Source: Candidatus Tayloriibacteriota bacterium
Lineage (GTDB): Bacteria; Patescibacteriota; Minisyncoccia; Phycocordibacterales; PALSA-1337
Assembly (NCBI GenBank): GCA_903893855.1
Contig: CAITNV010000054.1
Coordinates: 32,562 to 96,561, forward strand
Reading direction: 5' to 3'
Length of the DNA stretch: 64,000 nucleotides
A program made the translations under genes and the position numbers. The notes under the pieces were generated by a model. It did not search any database. It had not been told where the DNA came from and saw nothing but the letters and a program-made list of their open reading frames with translations. Positions within the stretch are counted from its first letter, which is position 1; each line of letters starts with the position of its first letter. Below are positions 58,623 through 64,000 of this stretch, in pieces.

Positions 58623-59855
58623 ATGGCCACACTAAATCCAACATCACCAGAAGCAGAAGCAGAGCTTACTGAAGGTTTCAATGTAGAGAAAGCGTTGAAT
58701 ACCAAAGGTTTCGCTGAATTTCTTGCGAAATTTTCAGATGCAAAAGAGGGTGATATCTCGCCTGAGGATATGCAGGAGAGGTTTGAAGTTTACGAAGCTG
58801 TTGAAGGTGTAAGTAAAGCAGTTAAAGAAATATATTCTAAAGAAATTAGTGCAGAGCTCGGTATTGCACTTAGCGAAAAAGACATATCTTGCGTAGATGA
58901 ATATCTGAATAATTTAGCGGTAGAGAGTCCGAAGGAAGTTATGGATATGCAGGAGCGTATCGATACATACAATCGATTGCCTGAAGAAATCGCACAGGCA
59001 CAATCAGACATCGACAATCTTGCGATTAACGGAGGCTTTGAGGCTCGAGCAAAAGAGATGCATGATATGGATCAAATCCTTCAGACAGCAGATAAAGCTT
59101 CTAATACATGGGGTAAGGTTAAAATGAATGCCGGTTTACTTTGGGGTGCGTTTACGGGGAATTATGGAGAAAGTCAGGATATATCAAATGCACGTAAGAT
59201 TGCGGGTTTATATGGAGGTCCGTTGACAACAGAGGGCATTGCAAAGCGTCGTGCACAAATATCAACAGAAGCTGCAGCCCAACAACAGAAATATCAAGAG
59301 TTAAAGAGTGAAAAAGAGGCTGATTTAGGAAAGTTGAAAGGTTCGCTAGCCAATACACGCAATGCTCTTTTTGCACATGAAGAAATGACTAAGAAAGTTG
59401 TAAAGATTGCAACACTTAAGCTCGGGAACACGGTCAATAAGATTGCAGAACAGAAAGGTCTTGATAGTTTTGCAAAAGCATACGATAAGCTTGTTGAATC
59501 AAAGGTTGGTAATGAGACTGGAATTGAATATATTGCAGAGGGTGAAGAAGAAAGAATTGTTAATTCGCTTAATAAAGCGGCTGAACAGAAGGTTACCGAT
59601 GCAGTCATGGCTGCGTTTAATCAGGTGCAACTAAATAAAGCAGATCAGTTTTCAGGTCTCCAAAAATCACTTTCTGAAGTACTATCAGTTAAGAAGTTGG
59701 GAACTAAGAGTGAGCAAGAGACAAGGGATTCTATCGTAACAATCCTTACAGAAATTCTTGTGGTTCTCGATCCATCTGAACCAGCAACTGTTTTGAAAAA
59801 GATCCTTATGAAACAGCTTATTAAAAAGTTCCAAGCTAGCCCAATAACAGCATAA
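58623..59855 (+). CDS. Hypothetical protein (410 aa, acidic, coiled-coil-rich, no TM) downstream of the VirD4-like ATPase
   Basis: The ORF is long, co-directional and close-spaced with its neighbours. No recognisable motif is present. Confidence 0.55.
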   Translation: MATLNPTSPEAEAELTEGFNVEKALNTKGFAEFLAKFSDAKEGDISPEDMQERFEVYEAVEGVSKAVKEIYSKEISAELGIALSEKDISCVDEYLNNLAVESPKEVMDMQERIDTYNRLPEEIAQAQSDIDNLAINGGFEARAKEMHDMDQILQTADKASNTWGKVKMNAGLLWGAFTGNYGESQDISNARKIAGLYGGPLTTEGIAKRRAQISTEAAAQQQKYQELKSEKEADLGKLKGSLANTRNALFAHEEMTKKVVKIATLKLGNTVNKIAEQKGLDSFAKAYDKLVESKVGNETGIEYIAEGEEERIVNSLNKAAEQKVTDAVMAAFNQVQLNKADQFSGLQKSLSEVLSVKKLGTKSEQETRDSIVTILTEILVVLDPSEPATVLKKILMKQLIKKFQASPITA

Positions 59856-59859
59856 AGCC

Positions 59860-60141
59860 ATGAATAATATCTCATCTTTAGGTAGTTTAATTCAACAAGG
59901 TAAGCTCGAAGAAGCGAAGGCAGTACTCGCGAGTGTTGTTAATGCTCCACTCTCTGATGCTGATCGGGGACAAGCACTCGTAACACTTGCTATGGTCTAT
60001 ATGGAGGCTAAAAATAAGATTAATCAGGAATTCTTAGATGAAATTAAAAAGACGATTCAGGAGATTAAATCTCTCAATAAAGTAGAGTCAGGGATCAATG
60101 ATCAGGTAGATTTAGCAAAGGTTCGAGCTAAGCTTCAATAA
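59860..60141 (+). CDS. Small hypothetical helical protein (93 aa)
   Basis: Its start lies 5 nt after the upstream stop. The predicted fold is helical. Confidence 0.45.
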   Translation: MNNISSLGSLIQQGKLEEAKAVLASVVNAPLSDADRGQALVTLAMVYMEAKNKINQEFLDEIKKTIQEIKSLNKVESGINDQVDLAKVRAKLQ

Positions 60142-60153
60142 TTAATTTTACAT

Positions 60154-60762
60154 ATGAATACACATTTTAAACACGAACAAACACTCGTTGTTATTAAGCC
60201 TGATGGAATACAGAGGAGCCTTATTGGGGAAGTGATACAGCGCTATGAGCGAGTAGGTCTTAAGCTTGTTGCGATTAAAATGGTAGTTCCGACTGAAGAA
60301 TTTATAGAGAAGCACTATACGCTCGATCCAGAATGGAGAAGAATTACGGGTGAGAAGTCTATTAAAGGTTTTAAGGATAAAGGGCTTACGCCACCAACCG
60401 AAGATCCACTTGAATTAACTGGTTTGCTTCTTGGTAAACTTAAAAAATATATGACCAGCGGTCCTGTTATCGCTATGGTCTGGCAAGGTGCACATTCAGT
60501 CGCTATCGTGCGTAAGATTACTGGTGGAACTGAACCACTTACATCTCCTGTGGGCACGATACGAGGCGATTATGTACTCGATTCATATCAAATGTCTGAG
60601 TCTGATATTCGTTCAGTGCGCAATATTATTCATGCTTCCGGTTCAGTAGCTGAAGCAAAGAATGAGATCGTTCACTGGTTCACAAAAGATGAAATTATTG
60701 ACTATAAGATTGTGCAAGAACAGATTATGTACGATGTCAATCTCGACGGTATATTTGGCTAG
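60154..60762 (+). CDS. ndk: Nucleoside diphosphate kinase (long form with an internal insertion)
   Basis: The N-terminus is EQTLVVIKPDGIQRSLIGEVIQRYERVGLKLVAIK. A catalytic His context IIHASGS is present. The protein is 202 aa versus about 140 aa typical. Confidence 0.8.
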   Translation: MNTHFKHEQTLVVIKPDGIQRSLIGEVIQRYERVGLKLVAIKMVVPTEEFIEKHYTLDPEWRRITGEKSIKGFKDKGLTPPTEDPLELTGLLLGKLKKYMTSGPVIAMVWQGAHSVAIVRKITGGTEPLTSPVGTIRGDYVLDSYQMSESDIRSVRNIIHASGSVAEAKNEIVHWFTKDEIIDYKIVQEQIMYDVNLDGIFG

Positions 60763-60773
60763 AGTATAATTGA

Positions 60774-60950
60774 GTGGGTTATCGGAGTATTAACCCTATA
60801 AATTATATTTTGGGACTTCGAGAGCTACGGCTCAACTTGTGTCGCACCTTGGTGTTGACCATAGAAGACCCACCTGGATTAAAATCTAGGTTGCAATACT
60901 CAGATAACCCACCAAGAAAGTCTGCAGCTCTTAGAGTTTGCGGCTTTTTT
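60774..60950 (+). ncRNA. Candidate structured small RNA or leader. The 5' segment gtgggttatc (60774-60783) pairs with gataacccac (60903-60912), closing an about 139-nt domain, followed by a T-run at 60944-60950.
   Basis: A TATAAT-like -10 element lies at 60765-60770 just upstream. A separate extended -10 (tgcTACAAT, about 60990-61000) could serve the RNase J-like gene. The 65-aa track ORF here is probably not coding. Confidence 0.35.
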
Positions 60951-61011
60951 GTTTATCGGGATTTTATTTAATCTTTATCTTTTCATTATTTCGGTGTGCT
61001 ACAATAGCAGT

Positions 61012-62397
61012 ATGAATGATATTTTTAATGTAACCTTTTATTCAGGAATCGGCTCTGTAACAGGTGCGAATTTCCTTTTGGAAGTTGGGGGAGTTATGCC
61101 ATTGCGAATACTTGTTGATTGCGGTCTGACGCAAGGGGAGAAGACTGCTGAGGATGTGAATAGGGAACCATTTGGATACGATGTATCGAGTATCGACTAT
61201 CTTTTTATTACTCACGCTCACCTTGACCATGTCGGCCGAATTCCAAAGCTCGTTAAAGAAGGCTTTAAGGGTATTATTTACTCAACTGAACAGACCAAGG
61301 ACCTCGCACGCCTCATTCTCGAGGATGCAGTTGGTATTCTTGCTAAAGAAGCTCATCGAGACAATGTCACTCCACTCTATGATCTCGATGACGTGACTAA
61401 GAGCTTCCCGTTGTGGCAGACGATTCCATATCATGAGAAGAAGACGATTTCTCCTAATCTTTCGGTATTCCTAAAAGACGCAGGGCATATACTCGGTTCT
61501 TCAATGTTTGAATTTACTCATACTGATAGTAAGGGGGCTTCGAAGAAGATCGTATTTACTGGTGATCTTGGTAATACCCCGACACCGCTTCTTCGCGATA
61601 CTGAGCCGGTTACTGGGGCGGATTATCTCGTTATGGAAAGTGTATATGGAGACAGGAATCATGAGCCTAAGGATGAAAGAAGGAAGAAGTTGCAGGATAT
61701 TATCCTCGATACCATTAAGCGTAATGGCACCGTACTTATTCCTGCTTTCTCTCTCGAACGAACACAGGTACTACTCTATGAGCTTAATCGTATGATAGAG
61801 GGAGGGGAAATACCTTCAATACCGGTCTTCGTGGATTCACCGCTCGCTATCAAAGTGACCGATGTATACGAGAAGAGTACCGAACTTTTTAATGAAAAGG
61901 CTCAGCAAGAGATTAAGACAACAGGGGATATATTTAATTTCCCAAAACTTGAGTTCACCATCACTGCAGATGCATCAAAGGATATCGATCACGCTCGAGC
62001 ACCAAAGATTATCCTCGCAGGTTCAGGAATGTCTACTGGTGGACGAATGCTTCATCATGAAGTGATGTATTTAAGTGATCCTAAGAATACGATTATCTTC
62101 GTAGGCTATCAGGGTGTAGGGACTCTCGGACGAACCATTGCTGATGGGGCGAAGCATCTTACTATTGCCGGCGTACCTGTTGATATAAAAGCTAGTATCG
62201 AAGAGATCCTCGGATATTCTTCACATAAGGATTCAGATCATCTTGTAGAGTTTGTTGCGACGGCGCACGATACCCTTAAGAAGGTCTTCGTTGTTATGGG
62301 TGAGCCTAAAGCTTCGCTCTATTTAGCACAAAGACTCCGCGATGAGGTCGGAGTCAATGGTTTTTATCCCGAAAGAGGGAGGAAGTATGATCTCTAG
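61012..62397 (+). CDS. Beta-CASP family metallo-beta-lactamase-fold ribonuclease (RNase J-like)
   Basis: The MBL motif is HAHLDHVGRIP. Beta-CASP and RMMBL regions are present. The start was set at MNDIFNVTF; the track ORF starts at 60949. Confidence 0.8.
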   Translation: MNDIFNVTFYSGIGSVTGANFLLEVGGVMPLRILVDCGLTQGEKTAEDVNREPFGYDVSSIDYLFITHAHLDHVGRIPKLVKEGFKGIIYSTEQTKDLARLILEDAVGILAKEAHRDNVTPLYDLDDVTKSFPLWQTIPYHEKKTISPNLSVFLKDAGHILGSSMFEFTHTDSKGASKKIVFTGDLGNTPTPLLRDTEPVTGADYLVMESVYGDRNHEPKDERRKKLQDIILDTIKRNGTVLIPAFSLERTQVLLYELNRMIEGGEIPSIPVFVDSPLAIKVTDVYEKSTELFNEKAQQEIKTTGDIFNFPKLEFTITADASKDIDHARAPKIILAGSGMSTGGRMLHHEVMYLSDPKNTIIFVGYQGVGTLGRTIADGAKHLTIAGVPVDIKASIEEILGYSSHKDSDHLVEFVATAHDTLKKVFVVMGEPKASLYLAQRLRDEVGVNGFYPERGRKYDL

Positions 62398-62413
62398 TAG
62401 ATGAAGAGTCTAA

Positions 62414-62764
62414 CTAAGCAGCCTTCTTAACGACAGCGGCAAAAGTCTTTGAATGATGTTCTGCAAGATGAGCAAGAGCCTTTCGGTCAAGAGAGATATT
62501 GGCCTTTTTTAGGCTACCAATAAACTTGCTGTATGAATGCTCAGGATTAATAGCTCGGAGAGCGGCATTGATCTTAACATTCCAAAGTCGTCGAAAATCA
62601 CCTTTTTTGTCTCGTCGGTGTGCGAAAGCATAAGCTCCAGCGTGTGAAATAGCATCATAAGCAGCTCGCTCAGTCTTTGAACGGCGGAAACGATATCCTT
62701 TAACCTGCTTAAGGACATTTCGTCGGGTCTTCAGGGCGTGTACTCCTTTTTTTACTCGTGTCAT
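62414..62764 (-). CDS. rplT: 50S ribosomal protein L20
   Basis: The sequence MTRVKKGVHALKTRRNVLKQVKGYRFRRSKTERAAYDAISHAGAYAFAHRRDKKGDFRRLW is a clear L20 match. Confidence 0.93.
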   Translation of the reverse strand: MTRVKKGVHALKTRRNVLKQVKGYRFRRSKTERAAYDAISHAGAYAFAHRRDKKGDFRRLWNVKINAALRAINPEHSYSKFIGSLKKANISLDRKALAHLAEHHSKTFAAVVKKAA

Positions 62765-62781
62765 ATTAGTTTATTTAAATA

Positions 62782-62967
62782 TTATAAATTGATGAGAAAG
62801 CGGCTCTTCTCCTTATTGCTCATAGGGAAGTTCTGCATTCGGGCTTTACGAAGCTGAGAACGACCTGACTCCTTTGAATTGAAGTGGTTTTGACCAGTTG
62901 CACGCGCAAGAATCTTACCGTTTTTGGTAACTTTAAGGCGCTTTAGATATGATTTGTTTGTTTTCAT
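62782..62967 (-). CDS. rpmI: 50S ribosomal protein L35
   Basis: The protein is small and basic (MKTNKSYLKRLKVTKNGKILARATGQNHF...). It sits in the conserved infC-rpmI-rplT order. The start was trimmed to the second Met. Confidence 0.8.
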   Translation of the reverse strand: MKTNKSYLKRLKVTKNGKILARATGQNHFNSKESGRSQLRKARMQNFPMSNKEKSRFLINL

Positions 62968-62980
62968 GTTGTTGGTTTTA

Positions 62981-63493
62981 CTACTTCTTTTCAATAATGG
63001 TTGTCAGTCCCTTCGGGCCCTTCTTTGGCTCTTCTGCTACACGGTATTCTACCGTAATAAGCTTGAATATTCGGTCGAGTCTCTCTTTGAGAAACTTGAA
63101 ATCCATATATTTTGAGCGGCCAATGAGGAAGAGGTCAATTCGGACGCGATGGCCTTCTTTGAGCCATTCTGAGGCTTTTTTGGCCTTTAGTTCGAGATCG
63201 TGGTCTCCGGTGCCTATTTTAACCTGAATGTTCTTGAGATCGGAAGTCTGGGCCCGTGATTTAGCCACTTTTACCTTCTTTTTCTCTGTGTACTGAAATT
63301 TACCATAATCCATGATTTTTGCAACCGGTGGGACTGCGGTAGGGGATATTTCGATAAGATCGAGGCCTCGAGCCTGTGCTTCGGTCAAAGCCTGTTGAAG
63401 AGTAATAACGCCTAAATTACCTCCGTCTTCTGTGATAACACGTAGTTCAGGTGACTTTATGAAATGATTGATTCGAACTCGGTAAGTGCTCAA
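62981..63493 (-). CDS. infC: Translation initiation factor IF-3
   Basis: The motifs INHFIKSPELRVITEDGGNLGVITLQQALTEAQARGLDLIEISPTAVPPVAKIMDYGKFQYTEKKK are present. Confidence 0.92.
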   Translation of the reverse strand: MSTYRVRINHFIKSPELRVITEDGGNLGVITLQQALTEAQARGLDLIEISPTAVPPVAKIMDYGKFQYTEKKKVKVAKSRAQTSDLKNIQVKIGTGDHDLELKAKKASEWLKEGHRVRIDLFLIGRSKYMDFKFLKERLDRIFKLITVEYRVAEEPKKGPKGLTTIIEKK

Positions 63494-63550
63494 GGTGTTT
63501 AAAGAGTCTTATTTATAGCACGGCTTTGGGTATTTTGCAAATTTTTCGGT

Positions 63551-64000
63551 TTATAAGAACTTGCGAATTGGTTTAACGAGCATTTCGGGTATTTTCTGGA
63601 GGAAAATACGTCGTTTCCACGTTTTGGTGTCGATGAGCTCTGAATGTTCGATATCACTCCAAAAACTCTTCAGTATCTCACCGACGAAATGATGATTGGT
63701 AGATACAATATTTGCTTCAAAGTTATATAACAGACTAATCGTGTCCATATTGAGCGTTCCGATACTTGCCCAGTTTTCATCGATAATGAAGGTTTTGCTA
63801 TGTATCATTCTATTGCCGGTAGCAGTCGCTCCTTTGTAATAGTATATCTTCACCCCAGCATCAAACATCTTTTGAAAATATGAGCTAGCCGCAAGATCGA
63901 CAACAGGGTGATCTGATACTTTGGGTATAATAATACGCACATCCACACCTTGGTATGCAGCGAGTCGCAATATACGTGAGAGTCTGACTGTCGGCACGAA
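63551..64000 (-). CDS. Phospholipase D-family protein (cardiolipin synthase-like), C-terminal HKD domain. The 5' part lies beyond the window end.
   Basis: The HKD motif is HSKTFIIDENWASIGTLNMD. The frame is open to the window edge. Confidence 0.75.
   Translation of the reverse strand, partial: FVPTVRLSRILRLAAYQGVDVRIIIPKVSDHPVVDLAASSYFQKMFDAGVKIYYYKGATATGNRMIHSKTFIIDENWASIGTLNMDTISLLYNFEANIVSTNHHFVGEILKSFWSDIEHSELIDTKTWKRRIFLQKIPEMLVKPIRKFL

Noticed and set aside
60774-60971. 65-aa ORF in the ndk / RNase J-like spacer
   Set aside because: The region shows long-range inverted repeats and promoter or terminator-like signals more consistent with RNA structure. The peptide has no features.
1-64000. 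CRISPR arrays, rRNA genes, IS elements or transposases
   Set aside because: No regularly spaced direct repeats, no rRNA-like sequence and no recognisable transposase or integrase were found by eye. XerC/D is the chromosomal dif recombinase type.

Overview
This window reads as a gene-dense, low-GC, origin-proximal chromosomal segment from a reduced-genome bacterium. No rpmC (L29) or rpmD (L30) gene lies at the expected positions in the S10/spc cluster, many proteins have minimal domain complements, and Shine-Dalgarno usage is sparse. Together these suggest a Patescibacteria (CPR)-like lineage; that assignment is inference only. Recognisable core genes: ruvB (partial), yebC, ruvC, a class A PBP, a DciA-like gene, dnaN, a putative oriC with DnaA boxes, dnaA, rpmH, rnpA and yidC. 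Further along are rsmA, pcrA/uvrD, a LysM-M23 peptidase, comM, a DksA-like gene, an NYN protein, rpsO, xerC/D, xth and cca. Then come four tRNAs (Arg-TCG, Gly-GCC, Pro-TGG, Gly-TCC), yraN, a P-loop NTPase interrupted by an in-frame TAA, hup, rny, clpP and rsmE. The S10-spc ribosomal cluster follows: fusA, tuf, rpsJ through rplO, secY, adk and map. The window closes with ndk, a beta-CASP RNase J-like gene, rplT, rpmI, infC and a partial PLD/cardiolipin synthase. The most striking content is an 11-gene, single-strand cluster at 9228-21088 encoding a type IV secretion-like apparatus. It carries a VirB4-like ATPase, an extra VirB4-N-domain-like protein, a PrgI/VirB3-like protein and a VirB6/TrbL-like polytopic protein. 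It also carries a pilin-like protein and several secreted or membrane-anchored unknowns. It sits among core genes and has no relaxase or integrase beside it. About 35 kb away, a soluble 957-aa VirD4/TraG-like ATPase with a long coiled-coil N-terminus replaces the usual 3' end of the ribosomal cluster and is followed by two unknown genes. Other second-look items are a highly structured about 110-nt element between fusA and tuf, a candidate about 175-nt sRNA upstream of the RNase J-like gene, and DnaA boxes outside the origin. No CRISPR array, rRNA or clear transposon was seen.
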